From Anaeromyxobacteraceae bacterium (GTDB taxonomy: Bacteria > Myxococcota > Myxococcia > Myxococcales > Anaeromyxobacteraceae): a stretch of DNA of 64,000 bases. Below are positions 1 through 10,335 of this stretch, piece after piece. The notes under the pieces were generated by a model. That model ran no database searches, had not been told where the DNA came from, and saw only the letters and a program-made list of their open reading frames with translations. The position numbers and the translations under genes are program-made. Location: assembly GCA_047602405.1 (NCBI GenBank), contig JASGHJ010000002.1, positions 3,680,001-3,744,000 of the forward strand, given 5' to 3'. Position 1 is the stretch's first letter. Each line of letters starts with the position of its first letter.

Positions 1-126
1 AAGTCCGTCCCCGATCTCAAGGCCGCCGGCGCGAGCCGCTACGTCCGCGATCTCGTCGCCGCGGGCGGCGCGGGCGCGCACGTCGAGCACTTCGACGACG
101 TCGAGGAAGCCACCCAGGCAGCGTGA
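1..126 (+). CDS. 3' end of a gene upstream of rsmH, possibly a STAS-domain (anti-sigma antagonist-like) protein (partial)
   Basis: Frame 1 is open from the window edge: [41 protein letters not shown]. Its TGA overlaps the rsmH GTG (GTGA). The peptide resembles STAS C-termini rather than MraZ. Confidence 0.45.
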   Translation, partial: KSVPDLKAAGASRYVRDLVAAGGAGAHVEHFDDVEEATQAA

Positions 127-1052
127 GCGAGTTCGTCCATGAATCGGTCCTGGCAGACGAGGTCGTCCTCCTCCTGCGCCCCGCGCCCGGCGCCGTCGTG
201 CTCGACGGCACGCTCGGCGGCGGCGGGCACGCCGAGCGCCTGCTCGAGGCGGGGGCGCGCGTGATCGGCCTCGACAAGGACCCCCGCGCGCTCGCCGCGG
301 CCCGCGCCCGGCTCGCCCGCTTCGGCGAGGCGTTCCGCGCGGTGCGCTCGGACTTCCGCGACGCGCGCGGCGTCCTCACCGCGCTCGGCCTCGAGGAGGT
401 GGACGGCGCGCTCGTCGACCTCGGCGTCTCTTCGCCCCAGCTCGACGTCGCGGAGCGCGGCTTCTCGTTCTCGAGGCCCGGCCCGCTCGACATGCGCCTC
501 GGCCAGGAGGGCGAGACGCTCGCCGAGCTCCTGCGCCGCGTGGACGAGCGCGAGCTCGCCCGCCTGATCAAGGACTACGGCGAGGAGCCCTTCGCGCGGC
601 CCGTCGCCCGCGCCATCAAGGCCGCGCTCGCCGGCGGCGCGCCGATGGACACCGCCCGGCTCGCCGAGGTGGTCTCCGGCGCCATTCCGCGCAAGGCCTG
701 GCCGAAGCGGATCCACCCGGCCACCCGGACCTTCCAGGCGCTGCGCATCGCCGTGAACGACGAGCTCGGCGCGCTCGCGACCTGGCTCGACGCCCTGCCC
801 TCGCTCCTCAAGAAGGGCGGCCGCGCCGCGGCCATCTCGTTCCACTCCCTCGAGGACCGGATGGTGAAGGAGAAGTTCCGGGCCCTCACGCAGGCCTGCA
901 CCTGCCCGCCCGACCTCCCGGTCTGCGCGTGCGGGGCCCAGGCCTCGTTCGAGCGCGTGACGAAGAAGGCGGTCACGGCCTCCGAGGCCGAGGTCGCGAG
1001 GAACCCCAGGGCGCGCAGCGCGAAGCTGCGCGCGGTGGAGAAGATCCGGTGA
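123..1052 (+). CDS. rsmH: 16S rRNA m4C1402 methyltransferase RsmH (MraW)
   Basis: [57 protein letters not shown] and [10 protein letters not shown] motifs. Confidence 0.97.
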   Translation: MSEFVHESVLADEVVLLLRPAPGAVVLDGTLGGGGHAERLLEAGARVIGLDKDPRALAAARARLARFGEAFRAVRSDFRDARGVLTALGLEEVDGALVDLGVSSPQLDVAERGFSFSRPGPLDMRLGQEGETLAELLRRVDERELARLIKDYGEEPFARPVARAIKAALAGGAPMDTARLAEVVSGAIPRKAWPKRIHPATRTFQALRIAVNDELGALATWLDALPSLLKKGGRAAAISFHSLEDRMVKEKFRALTQACTCPPDLPVCACGAQASFERVTKKAVTASEAEVARNPRARSAKLRAVEKIR

Positions 1053-1441
1053 GCGCGCGCGCGTCGATGAGCCGTCCGGTCGTCCCCCACGTGGCCCGCG
1101 TCGCCGGGCTCGTCCTCCTCGCCGGCACGGTGGCGACCTTCCACGTCTGGGCGCGGACCCGCGTGGTCCAGGAGGGCTACCGGCTCGCGTCCGTTCAGCA
1201 GGAGCACACGCGCCTCAACTCCGAGCGCGATCGTCTGAAGCTCGAGGTCGAGGCCCTCACGACACCCCGGACGCTCGAGGTGTTCGCGAGGACGAGGCTG
1301 GGAATGGCTCCGCCGGATCCGGGTCCGGTGTGGGCGGGCAGGGCGGTGGGCGGCGTTGATCACCTGTCCGGGCCGGCGGAGCCTTCCCTTTCCACGGGCG
1401 GAGCCGTCGCGCTCCGTGCCCCGAAGGCCAGCCGGCGGTAG
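1049..1441 (+). CDS. ftsL: Cell division protein FtsL
   Basis: One TM segment, a coiled coil and an ARTRLGM..P motif; lies between rsmH and ftsI; GTG overlaps the rsmH stop. Confidence 0.85.
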   Translation: MSARASMSRPVVPHVARVAGLVLLAGTVATFHVWARTRVVQEGYRLASVQQEHTRLNSERDRLKLEVEALTTPRTLEVFARTRLGMAPPDPGPVWAGRAVGGVDHLSGPAEPSLSTGGAVALRAPKASRR

Positions 1442-1444
1442 CCC

Positions 1445-3469
1445 TTGCGCCCGGGCCCCGATCCGAGCGCGCTGCGCTGGACCGCCCTGCGCACCGGGGC
1501 CGTCGGGCTCCTGCTCGCCGCCGGCCTCGCGGTGGTGCTCGGCCGCGCCTTCCAGCTCCAGGTGCTGCAGCGGGAGGGGCTCGTCGACGAGATGGTGGAT
1601 CAGTACCGCCGCCAGCTCGTCCTGAAGCCCCGCCGCGGCGTCATCACCGACCGCGCGGGCGTCCTGCTCGCGGGCAGCGCCGACGCGAAGAGCGTCTTCG
1701 CCGACCCCCGGGTGCTCGCGCGCGACGCGCGCCGGGCCGAGGCGCTGCGGCGGCTGGGCGCCGCGGTCGGCGTCGACCAGAAGACGCTCCAGAAGAAGCT
1801 CGCGCGCGGCGGCAGCCGCTTCGCCTGGCTCGCGCGGCGGATCTCGCCGCAGCAGGCGGCCGCGGTCGAGAAGCTCATCCAGGAGACCGGCGTGCGCGGG
1901 CTCGCGCTCGTGCCGGAGACCCGCCGCTACTACCCGAAGGTCGAGCTCGCGAGCCAGCTCCTCGGCTTCGTCGGCGACGACGGCGAGGGCCAGGAGGGCC
2001 TCGAGCTCGCGCGCGACGCCGACCTGCAGGGCGAGGAGGAGCGGGTCCGCTCGCTGCGCGACGGCGCCGGCCGCATCGCGCTCGCGGACGCACCCGAGAC
2101 CGAGGCCCGCGAGGGCGCGCGCATCGAGCTCACGCTCGACCAGGGCGTGCAGCTCACCGCCGAGCGCGCCCTCTCCGCGGCGGTGCAGCGGTCGCGCGCG
2201 CTCTCCGGCGTCGCGGTCGTGCTCGACCCGACGAGCGGCGAGGTGCTCGCGATGGCGAGCTACCCGCCCTACAACCCGAACGCCGCGCGCGACCCCGCGA
2301 TCGTGCGCAACCGGGCGGTGACCGACGCCTTCGAGCCCGGCTCGACGATGAAGGTCCTCACCCTCTCCGGCGCGCTCGAGCACGGGTCCCTCGCCCCCAC
2401 CGACGCCATCGACACGGGCGACGGCAGGCTCACCGTGAACGCCCACGTCATCCACGATCACGGCGGGCTGGGCTGGGTCGGCCCCTCGAAGATCATCGCG
2501 GCCTCCTCCAACGTGGGCGCCGCGAAGGTCGGCATGAAGCTCGGCCGCCAGCGGCTCCAGGAGACGTTCCAGGCGTTCGGCCTCGGCGAGCGGACCGGGG
2601 TCGGCCTGCCCGGCGAGGCGAAGGGGGTCGTGCCCCTCCCCCGCTCCGACCTCGACCTCGCGAGCCAGAGCTTCGGCCACCACCTCCTCGCCACCCCGCT
2701 CCAGATCACCGCCGCGTTCGCCGCCATCGCGAACCAGGGCGTGCTGCTCGAGCCGCACGTCGTCCGCCGCGTCGTCGACCCGGCCACCGGCGACGTCCTC
2801 GAGGAGGCCGGCCGCCGGGTCGTGCGGCAGGTCATCTCGCAGCGGACCGCGGAGACCATGACCCGCTGGCTCGTCGGCGTCATCGAGGACCCGAAGGGCA
2901 CCGGGCACCGCGCGCGGCTCTCGGCCTGGCAGGCCGCCGGCAAGACCGGCACCGCCCGCAAGATCGACCCCGTGTCCGGCACCTACGTCGACGACCGGCA
3001 CATGTCGTCCTTCGTGGGGTTCGCCCCGGTCGGCGCCCCGCGGGTGGTCATCGGGGTGTGGCTCGACGAGCCCCGCGGCGAGGTGAACGGCGGCGACGTG
3101 GCCGCGCCCGCCTTCCGCGAGATCGCCGAGTACGCCCTCAAGATGCTGAACGTCGCCCCCGCCCCGCTGGCGCTCGCGACGCCCCCGCCGGAGCCCGAGC
3201 CGGAGGCCGCGCCCCCCGCCGAGGACGCCGAGCCGGAGCAGGAGCCCGCGGTGGAGCTCGCCGCCGAGGATGCCCGGCCGGCGGGCCGGAACGTGACCGT
3301 GCCCCCGCTCGCCGGGCTGCCGGCCCGCACCGCCATCCGCAACCTGGAGGCGCTGCAGCTCGAGGCCGTGCCCTCCGGCGCCGGACGGGTCGTCTCGCAG
3401 GAGCCGCCCGCCGGGAGGGTGGTCGCCCGCGGGACGCGAGTTCGCGTCCGGCTGGCCCCCGCGGGCTGA
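1445..3469 (+). CDS. ftsI: Peptidoglycan transpeptidase FtsI/PBP3 with C-terminal PASTA-like domain
   Basis: RGVITDR, EPGSTMK (SxxK), SSN (SxN) and GKTGT (KTG) motifs; N-terminal TM. Confidence 0.95.
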   Translation: MRPGPDPSALRWTALRTGAVGLLLAAGLAVVLGRAFQLQVLQREGLVDEMVDQYRRQLVLKPRRGVITDRAGVLLAGSADAKSVFADPRVLARDARRAEALRRLGAAVGVDQKTLQKKLARGGSRFAWLARRISPQQAAAVEKLIQETGVRGLALVPETRRYYPKVELASQLLGFVGDDGEGQEGLELARDADLQGEEERVRSLRDGAGRIALADAPETEAREGARIELTLDQGVQLTAERALSAAVQRSRALSGVAVVLDPTSGEVLAMASYPPYNPNAARDPAIVRNRAVTDAFEPGSTMKVLTLSGALEHGSLAPTDAIDTGDGRLTVNAHVIHDHGGLGWVGPSKIIAASSNVGAAKVGMKLGRQRLQETFQAFGLGERTGVGLPGEAKGVVPLPRSDLDLASQSFGHHLLATPLQITAAFAAIANQGVLLEPHVVRRVVDPATGDVLEEAGRRVVRQVISQRTAETMTRWLVGVIEDPKGTGHRARLSAWQAAGKTGTARKIDPVSGTYVDDRHMSSFVGFAPVGAPRVVIGVWLDEPRGEVNGGDVAAPAFREIAEYALKMLNVAPAPLALATPPPEPEPEAAPPAEDAEPEQEPAVELAAEDARPAGRNVTVPPLAGLPARTAIRNLEALQLEAVPSGAGRVVSQEPPAGRVVARGTRVRVRLAPAG

Positions 3470-3568
3470 TAGGATGGCGCGGCCGTGTCTCCCCGGACAC
3501 GGCGCCTCGCAAGCGGGCGTACCGGCGGCGGAAAATCTCTGGAAGGCGGCTTGCAGATCCCACGTTCG

Positions 3569-5071
3569 ATGAAGCTGTCCAGGGTCATGGAGGGCACCGG
3601 CGCCCGCGGCGAGCTCGGCTCGGATCCCGACGTCGCGCTCGTCACCGGCGACTCGCGCGAGGTCCGGCCCGGCGCCGTGTTCTTCGCGCTCCCGGGCGCG
3701 AAGCTCGACGGGCATGCGTTCGCCGCCGAGGCCGCCCGGAAGGGCGCCGTCGCGATCGTCGCGGAGCGCCCGGTGGCGTGCGCCCCCGCCCTGCTCCTCC
3801 TCGCGCCCTCCTCGCGCCGCGCGATGTCCATCGCCGCCGCGAACCACCTCGGCCGGCCCGGCGACGCGCTCCTCCTCGCCGGCGTGACCGGCACGAACGG
3901 CAAGACCACCATCGCCTGGCTCGTCGAGGCGTGCGCGCGCGAGGCGGGCCTCGCCGTCGGCCTCCTCGGCACGGTCGCGAACCGCTGGCCGGGGCACGAG
4001 GACCCCGCGGTCCTCACGACGCCGGAGTCCACCACCATCCAGCGGATGCTCGCCGACATGCGCGAGGCGGGCGCGCGCGCCTGCGTGATGGAGGTCTCCT
4101 CCCACGCGCTCGCGATGGAGCGGGTGGCGGGGCTGCGGTTCCGGGTGGCGGGCTTCACGAACCTGACCCGCGACCACCTCGACTTCCACGGCGACATGGA
4201 GCGGTACCTCGACGCGAAGCGCCGGCTCTTCACGGAGCACCTCGCGCCGGACGGCGTCGCGGTCGTGAACGTGCGCGACCCGGCCGGCGCGCGCCTCGCC
4301 GACCAGCTCGGCCCGGGCCGCGACGTCTGGCGCTACGGCACCCGCACCGACGACGCGCTCCGCGCCGAGGACGTCCGCTTCGGGCTCGACGGGATCCACG
4401 CGACGCTCCGCACGCCGGGGGGCGCGATCCCGATCGCCTCGCCGCTCGTCGGCGCGCACAACCTCGAGAACCTGCTCTGCGCGGCGGGGCTCGCGCTCGG
4501 CCTCGGCGTGCCGCCGGCCGCCATCGGCCGCGCGCTGTCCCGGAGCCCCGGCGCGCCCGGGCGGCTCGAGCGGGTGGACGGCCGCGGCGTCTCGGTCTTC
4601 GTCGACTACGCCCACACCGACGACGCGCTCCAGCGGGCGCTCGCGGCGCTCCGGGCGCTCTCGCCGCGCCGGCTCGTCTGCGTGTTCGGCTGCGGCGGCG
4701 ACCGCGATCCCGGCAAGCGCCCGCTCATGGCGAGGGCGGCCGCGGCGGGCGCCGACCTCGTGGTGGTCACGAGCGACAACCCGCGCACCGAGGACCCGCT
4801 CGCCATCGTCCGGCAGATCGTCGCCGGCTTCGAAGGCACCGGGCTCGGCCCCGCGGAGGCCGGCGCCCCCGAGGGCCGCGGCTACGTCGTCGAGCCCGAC
4901 CGCCGCGCCGCCATCCGCCTCGCCATCGCCGGCGCGCACGCGGGCGACGCCGTGCTCGTCGCCGGCAAGGGTCACGAGGACTACCAGCTCGTCGGGACCG
5001 AGAAGCGCCCGTTCTCCGACCGCGACGAGGCGCGGGCCGCGCTCGCCGCCGGAGGCCCCGCCGCCCCATGA
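3569..5071 (+). CDS. murE: UDP-N-acetylmuramoyl-dipeptide--diaminopimelate ligase MurE
   Basis: GVTGTNGKTT, MEVSSHAL, NLTRDHLDFH, DYAHT, FGCGGDRD, DNPR and AGKGHEDYQ; ATG 3569 chosen as start. Confidence 0.96.
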   Translation: MKLSRVMEGTGARGELGSDPDVALVTGDSREVRPGAVFFALPGAKLDGHAFAAEAARKGAVAIVAERPVACAPALLLLAPSSRRAMSIAAANHLGRPGDALLLAGVTGTNGKTTIAWLVEACAREAGLAVGLLGTVANRWPGHEDPAVLTTPESTTIQRMLADMREAGARACVMEVSSHALAMERVAGLRFRVAGFTNLTRDHLDFHGDMERYLDAKRRLFTEHLAPDGVAVVNVRDPAGARLADQLGPGRDVWRYGTRTDDALRAEDVRFGLDGIHATLRTPGGAIPIASPLVGAHNLENLLCAAGLALGLGVPPAAIGRALSRSPGAPGRLERVDGRGVSVFVDYAHTDDALQRALAALRALSPRRLVCVFGCGGDRDPGKRPLMARAAAAGADLVVVTSDNPRTEDPLAIVRQIVAGFEGTGLGPAEAGAPEGRGYVVEPDRRAAIRLAIAGAHAGDAVLVAGKGHEDYQLVGTEKRPFSDRDEARAALAAGGPAAP

Positions 5072-6459
5072 GCCCTCCCCGCTTCACCGCCGCCGAGCTC
5101 GCCGCCGCCACCGGCGGGCGCTGGATCGGGGCGCCGCCCGCCGAGGTCGCGGGCGTCTCGACCGACACCCGGTCCATCTCCCGGGGCTCGCTCTTCGTGG
5201 CGCTCCGGGGGGAGCGCTTCGACGCGCACGCGTTCCTCGCCGAGGCCGCCGCGGAGGGCGCAGCGGCGGCGGTCGTCTCCGAGGCCTGGGTCGCCGGCGG
5301 CGGGACGGCCCCGGTGCCCGCCCTCGCGGTGCCGGACACGCTCCCGGCGCTCGGCGCGATCGCCCGCCACCACCGCCGCCGCTTCGGGGTCCCGGTCGTG
5401 GGCGTCACCGGCTCGAACGGCAAGACCACCACCCGCGAGATGGTGGCCGCCATCCTCGCGACCCGCGGCCCGGTGCTGAAGACCGAGGGCAACCTCAACA
5501 ACGAGATCGGCGTCCCGCTCACGCTCTTCGGCCTCGGCCCGGAGCACCGCTCGGCGGTCATCGAGCTGGGCATGAGCGCCCGCGGCGAGATCGACCGGCT
5601 CGCCCGCATCGCCGGGCCGCAGGTCGGCGCCGTCACGATGGCGGGCGAGGCCCACCTCGAGACGCTGGGGTCCCTCGATGCCATCGCCGACGCGAAGGCC
5701 GAGCTCTACCTCGCCCTGCCGCCGAACGGCATCGCGGTGACGAACGCCGACGACGCGCGGATGTACGAGCGCGCCCGGGCGTCGGGGAAGAAGCTCCTCA
5801 CCTTCTCCGCGATGCCCGGCGTGGGCGACGTCACGCTCGTGCGCGTCGAGCCGACCGTCGACGACGGCCTGCGCTTCACGCTCGCGGTCGGCACGAAGGA
5901 GTTCCCGGTGCACGTGCCGGGGCTCGTCGGGGCCCACAACGCCATGAACGCGGCCTGCGCCGCCGCGTGCGCCGTCGCGCTCGGCTGCACGAACCGCGAG
6001 ATCGCGGACGGCCTCGCGAACGTGAGGCCGGTGGGGCGTCGCCTGCGCGTCGAGACCCTGCCCTCCGGGCTCGTGCTGCTCGACGACTGCTACAACGCGA
6101 ACCCCTCGTCCATGTCGGCCGCGCTCCGGGCGCTCGCCGACCTCGCGACCGCCCGGCGCCGCCGCCGGGTGGCGGTGCTCGGCGACATGCTCGAGCTCGG
6201 CGCGCTCGAGGCCGAGGGTCACGCCCGCATCGGCGCCGAGGCCGCCCGCAGCGGGCTCGCCGCGCTCGCCGCGTTCGGGCCGCGCGCCCGCGGGATCGCC
6301 GAGGCCGCCCGCGCGAACGGGCTCGACGCCTTCCACACCGAGGACCTCGCCGCGCTCGTCGACTGGGCGCGCTCCACCCTGACCCCGTCCGGCGACGCCC
6401 TCCTCGTGAAGGCGAGCCGGGGCATGAAGCTCGAGCGGCTCGTCGAGGCGCTGCGCTGA
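5068..6459 (+). CDS. murF: UDP-N-acetylmuramoyl-tripeptide--D-Ala-D-Ala ligase MurF
   Basis: TGSNGKTTT, GNLNNEIGVP, DDCYNANP, LGDMLELG and LVKASRG; ATGA overlap with murE. Confidence 0.96.
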   Translation: MSPPRFTAAELAAATGGRWIGAPPAEVAGVSTDTRSISRGSLFVALRGERFDAHAFLAEAAAEGAAAAVVSEAWVAGGGTAPVPALAVPDTLPALGAIARHHRRRFGVPVVGVTGSNGKTTTREMVAAILATRGPVLKTEGNLNNEIGVPLTLFGLGPEHRSAVIELGMSARGEIDRLARIAGPQVGAVTMAGEAHLETLGSLDAIADAKAELYLALPPNGIAVTNADDARMYERARASGKKLLTFSAMPGVGDVTLVRVEPTVDDGLRFTLAVGTKEFPVHVPGLVGAHNAMNAACAAACAVALGCTNREIADGLANVRPVGRRLRVETLPSGLVLLDDCYNANPSSMSAALRALADLATARRRRRVAVLGDMLELGALEAEGHARIGAEAARSGLAALAAFGPRARGIAEAARANGLDAFHTEDLAALVDWARSTLTPSGDALLVKASRGMKLERLVEALR

Positions 6460-6462
6460 CCG

Positions 6463-7606
6463 ATGCTCTACCTCCTGCTCTATCCCCTCTCGGATCGCAT
6501 CGGCGTCTTCAACGTCCTGCGCTACCCGTCCTTCCGCATCGTCGCGGCGGGGCTCACCGCCCTGCTCATCGGGCTCCTCGTCGGGCCGTACTTCATCGAG
6601 CGGATGCGCACGCTCCAGTACGGCGCCTCGAACGTCCGCGAGGACACGCCGGAGACGCACAAGAAGAAGACCGGCACCCCGTCGATGGGCGGCGCGCTCA
6701 TCCTGCTCGCGATCACGGTCGCGACGCTGCTCTTCGGCGACCTCAAGAACCGCTACGTCTGGGCGGCGCTCCTCGTCACGCTCGGCTACGGCGGCATCGG
6801 CTTCCTCGACGACTGGCTGAAGCTCTCCAAGCGGAACTCGAAGGGGCTCGCCGGGAAGAAGAAGCTCGTCCTGCAGCTCGCCGTGATCCTGGCCGTGTAC
6901 TACGGGCTCCTCACCGACCTCGACTTCCACGTGGGGAAGGGCTTCCCGTGGGTCACGGTGGGGAGCTACCTCGATTCTCAGGCTCACCCTCCCCTTCGTG
7001 CCGACCCGGCACTTCATGCCGGACCTCGGCTGGCTCTACGTCCCGTTCATGATCTTCGTGATCATCGGGACCTCGAACGCGGTGAACCTCACCGACGGCC
7101 TCGACGGCCTCGCCATCGGCCCGACGCTCGTCTCCTCGATGACGTTCCTCGTGCTCTCGTACGTCGCGGGCGCGACCATCGCCGGGTTCAGCCTCGCCGA
7201 GTACCTGCGCATCGCCTACATCCCGGGGGCCGAGGAGCTGGGCGTCTTCTGCTCGGCCATCTTCGGCGCCGGCCTCGCGTTCCTCTGGTTCAACACCTTC
7301 CCGGCCTCCGTGTTCATGGGCGACGTCGGCTCGCTCGCCCTCGGCGGCGCGCTCGGCACGCTCGCGGTGCTCACGAAGAACGAGGTGGCGAGCGCCATCC
7401 TCCACGGCGTGTTCCTCGCCGAGACGGTGAGCGTCATCATCCAGGTCTGGAGCTTCAAGACCACCGGCAAGCGCGTCTTCCGAATGGCGCCCATCCACCA
7501 CCACTACGAGCTCAAGGGCTGGGCCGAGCCCAAGATCATCGTCCGCTTCTGGATCATGTCGATCATGCTGGCCCTGGTGGCCCTCATGTCGCTCAAGCTG
7601 AGGTAG
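6463..7606 (+). CDS. mraY: Phospho-N-acetylmuramoyl-pentapeptide transferase MraY; frameshifted by one extra base at ~6975-6976 (probable sequencing error)
   Basis: The N-half (GTPSMGG, GFLDD) and C-half ([29 protein letters not shown]) lie in different frames. Removing one T from GATTCTC gives continuous ...[16 protein letters not shown]... Confidence 0.93.
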
Positions 7607-7612
7607 TCGAAC

Positions 7613-8998
7613 GTGCCCGTCTCCCCTCCCGTCCTCCGTGGCAAGCGCGTGTGCGTGGTCGGCCTCGCGCGGAGCGGCGTCGCCGCGGCGAAGCTGTGCG
7701 CGCGCGCGGGCGCCGAGGTCACCGTCACCGACGCCCGCGGCGCCGACGCCCTCGGCCCCGCGCTCGCCGCGCTGGACGGCGTGCCGGTGCGGCGCGCGCT
7801 CGGCGGCCACGGCGAGGCGTTCCTCGACCGGCAGGACCTCCTGGTGGTCTCCCCGGGTGTGCCGCTCGGGATCCTCCCGCTCGCCGACGCGCGCGCGAAG
7901 GGCGTCCCGATCTGGGGCGAGGTCGAGCTCGCCTACCGGTTCCTCCATGGCACCCCGGTCGTCGCGATCACCGGCACGAACGGGAAGAGCACCACCACCG
8001 CGCTGACCGGCGCGCTCCTCGCGGCCGACCGCCCCACCTTCACGGGGGGCAACCTCGGCACGCCGCTCACGGAGCACGTCCTCTCCGGGAAGGGCGCGGA
8101 CGTGGTGGTCGCCGAGCTCTCGAGCTTCCAGCTCGAGGGCATCGACCAGTTCCGCGCGAACGCCGCCGCGTTCCTGAACCTCACCCCCGACCACCTCGAC
8201 CGCTACGCCTCGGTGGACGCCTACGCGCTCGCGAAGGGGCGGCTCTTCGCCCGCCAGCAGCCCGGCGACGTCGCCGTCGCGAACGCGCGCGACCCGCTCG
8301 CGCTCGGGCTCGCCGCCGCGTCCCGCGGGCGCCTCCTCACCTTCGGCTTCGGCCCGCCCGCGCCGGACGCGGCCCGCGACGCCGCCCCGGACGCCGCCGA
8401 GGGCACGCTGGTCGTCTCCCTGGGGGGCGCCGGCGAGCGCTACCGCCTCGCGAACCGTGCGCTCCGCGGCCGGCACAACCGCGAGAACGCCATGGCCGCC
8501 ATCCTGCTCGCCCGCGCGGCCGGGGCGCCGCCCGCGGCGGTGCAGGCGGGGCTCGACGCGTTCCCCGGCCTCCCCCACCGCCTCGAGCTCGTCTCGGAGC
8601 GCGGCGGGGTGGAGTGGGTGAACGACTCGAAGGCCACGAACGTGGACTCGACCTCGGTGGCCCTGGCCGCGTTCGCGCCCGGCGCGCCGCGGCTCGTGAT
8701 CCTGATGGGCGGCCGCGGCAAGGGCGCGCCGTACGCGCCGCTCCGGGAGCTCTTCCCCGGCCGCGTGAAGGCGCTCCTCACGCTCGGCGAGGACGCGCCC
8801 GCGGTCGAGCGCGAGCTCGGCGACCTCGCGCCCACCCACGCCTGCGGCACGCTCGCGGCGGCGGTGAAGGCCGCGGCACGCCTGGTGGCCCCCGGCGACG
8901 TGGTCCTCCTCTCGCCGGCCTGCGCGAGCTACGATCAGTTCGACAACTACGAGCAGCGCGGCGCCGCGTTCCGGGCGCTCGTGGAGGGGCTGAAGTGA
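7613..8998 (+). CDS. murD: UDP-N-acetylmuramoyl-L-alanine--D-glutamate ligase MurD
   Basis: VVGLARSG, ITGTNGKSTT, ELSSFQLE, NDSKATN and LLSPACASYDQF. Confidence 0.96.
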   Translation: MPVSPPVLRGKRVCVVGLARSGVAAAKLCARAGAEVTVTDARGADALGPALAALDGVPVRRALGGHGEAFLDRQDLLVVSPGVPLGILPLADARAKGVPIWGEVELAYRFLHGTPVVAITGTNGKSTTTALTGALLAADRPTFTGGNLGTPLTEHVLSGKGADVVVAELSSFQLEGIDQFRANAAAFLNLTPDHLDRYASVDAYALAKGRLFARQQPGDVAVANARDPLALGLAAASRGRLLTFGFGPPAPDAARDAAPDAAEGTLVVSLGGAGERYRLANRALRGRHNRENAMAAILLARAAGAPPAAVQAGLDAFPGLPHRLELVSERGGVEWVNDSKATNVDSTSVALAAFAPGAPRLVILMGGRGKGAPYAPLRELFPGRVKALLTLGEDAPAVERELGDLAPTHACGTLAAAVKAAARLVAPGDVVLLSPACASYDQFDNYEQRGAAFRALVEGLK

Positions 8999-10335
8999 GC
9001 TGGCTGGGGCGCATCGCTGCCGGGGTGAGAGGGGCCGCTCACCCCGAGCGTAGGGCCCGCGCCCCTCGTCTCCGGCCCGCGGAGCGTAGCTCCGCGGAGC
9101 CTACGCTCGGGGTGAACGGGCCGGGCCTGGAGCCGAGGGAGCCCCCCTTCGACCCCGTCCTCCTCGGCGCGATCCTCTCCCTCGTCGCCCTCGGGCTCGT
9201 GATGGTCTACTCGGCGAGCGCCATCCCGGCCTCCCAGTCGAAGCGGCTCGGCCTCGACGAGTTCTACTACCTGAAGCGCCAGCTCGTCGCGGCCGGGCTC
9301 GGGCTCGTGCTGCTCGTGGCCGCGTTCAAGGTGGGCCACCGCCGGGTCCAGCTCCTCGCCTACCCGGTCCTCGCCTTCACCTTCGTGTCGCTCCTCCTCG
9401 TGCCGCTCATCGGCAAGTCGGCGGGCGGCGCGCAGCGCTGGATCCCGCTCGGCCCGGTCCAGTTCCAGCCGGCCGAGGCGGCGAAGGTCGCGCTCGTCCT
9501 CTACCTCGCCCACTCGCTCTCGAAGAAGGGCGAGGTCATCCGCACCTTCTCGATCGGGCTCCTCCCGCACGTCATCGTGACGGTCGCGCTCGTGGGGCTC
9601 TGCCTCGCCCAGAGCGACTTCGGCACCGGCGTCATCCTGTTCCTCGTGCTCTTCGCGGTGCTCTTCTCCGCCGGCGCGCGGGTCTCGTACCTCCTCGGCG
9701 CCGGGCTCGCGGCGCTGCCGGTCGCGTACTGGCTCGTGCGCTCGAAGGAGTACCGGTGGACGCGCATCATCGCGTTCCTCGACCCCGAGGCCCACCGCTA
9801 CAAGGAGGGCTTCCAGCTCTGGGAGTCGCTCCTCGGCGCCGCGCACGGCGGCTGGCTCGGCCAGGGGCTCGGCCAGGGCAAGGGCAAGCTCTACTACCTG
9901 CCGGCGGCCCACACCGACTTCATCGCCGCGGTCATCGCGGAGGAGACCGGGCTCCTCGGGATGCTGCTCCTCATCGGCCTCTTCGGCGTCGTGGTCTGGC
10001 GCGGCGTCCGGGCCGCCCTCAACGCGTCGACCCCCTTCGCCGCGTACTCCGCGCTCGGCTTCACCGCGCTCCTCGGCGCCCAGGCCATCGTGAACCTGTC
10101 CGTCGTCTTCGGCCTCGTCCCGACGAAGGGGCTCACCCTGCCCTTCGTCTCCTACGGCGGCAGCTCGCTGCTCACCCTGCTCGCCGCGTGCGGCGTGCTC
10201 CTCTCCGTGAGCGGCGACCGCGGCGGCTTCCTGCGCGGCGCGCAGGCGGCGCGCAACGGGCGGGCGACCTCGCCCCGGCTCGGCCCCTCGTCGTCGGCGG
10301 GCAACCCGCTGTCGGGCAGTGGGGTGGCGCCATGA
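8995..10335 (+). CDS. ftsW: SEDS peptidoglycan glycosyltransferase FtsW (N-terminus contains a palindromic repeat)
   Basis: [31 protein letters not shown] and [20 protein letters not shown] overlaps the murD stop; alternative in-frame GTG at 9112. Confidence 0.94.
   Translation: MSWLGRIAAGVRGAAHPERRARAPRLRPAERSSAEPTLGVNGPGLEPREPPFDPVLLGAILSLVALGLVMVYSASAIPASQSKRLGLDEFYYLKRQLVAAGLGLVLLVAAFKVGHRRVQLLAYPVLAFTFVSLLLVPLIGKSAGGAQRWIPLGPVQFQPAEAAKVALVLYLAHSLSKKGEVIRTFSIGLLPHVIVTVALVGLCLAQSDFGTGVILFLVLFAVLFSAGARVSYLLGAGLAALPVAYWLVRSKEYRWTRIIAFLDPEAHRYKEGFQLWESLLGAAHGGWLGQGLGQGKGKLYYLPAAHTDFIAAVIAEETGLLGMLLLIGLFGVVVWRGVRAALNASTPFAAYSALGFTALLGAQAIVNLSVVFGLVPTKGLTLPFVSYGGSSLLTLLAACGVLLSVSGDRGGFLRGAQAARNGRATSPRLGPSSSAGNPLSGSGVAP
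9035..9119. repeat. REP/RPE-like palindromic element (two inverted 20-bp arms) inside the 5' end of ftsW
   Basis: CCGCTCACCCCGAGCGTAGG (9035-9054) and CCTACGCTCGGGGTGAACGG (9100-9119) are 19/20 complementary; internal hairpin CCGCGGAGC-GTA-GCTCCGCGG (9077-9097). Confidence 0.85.

Noticed and set aside
6463..10335. Apparent 1290-aa MraY-FtsW fusion
   Set aside because: Artefact of the mraY frameshift reading through murD out of frame
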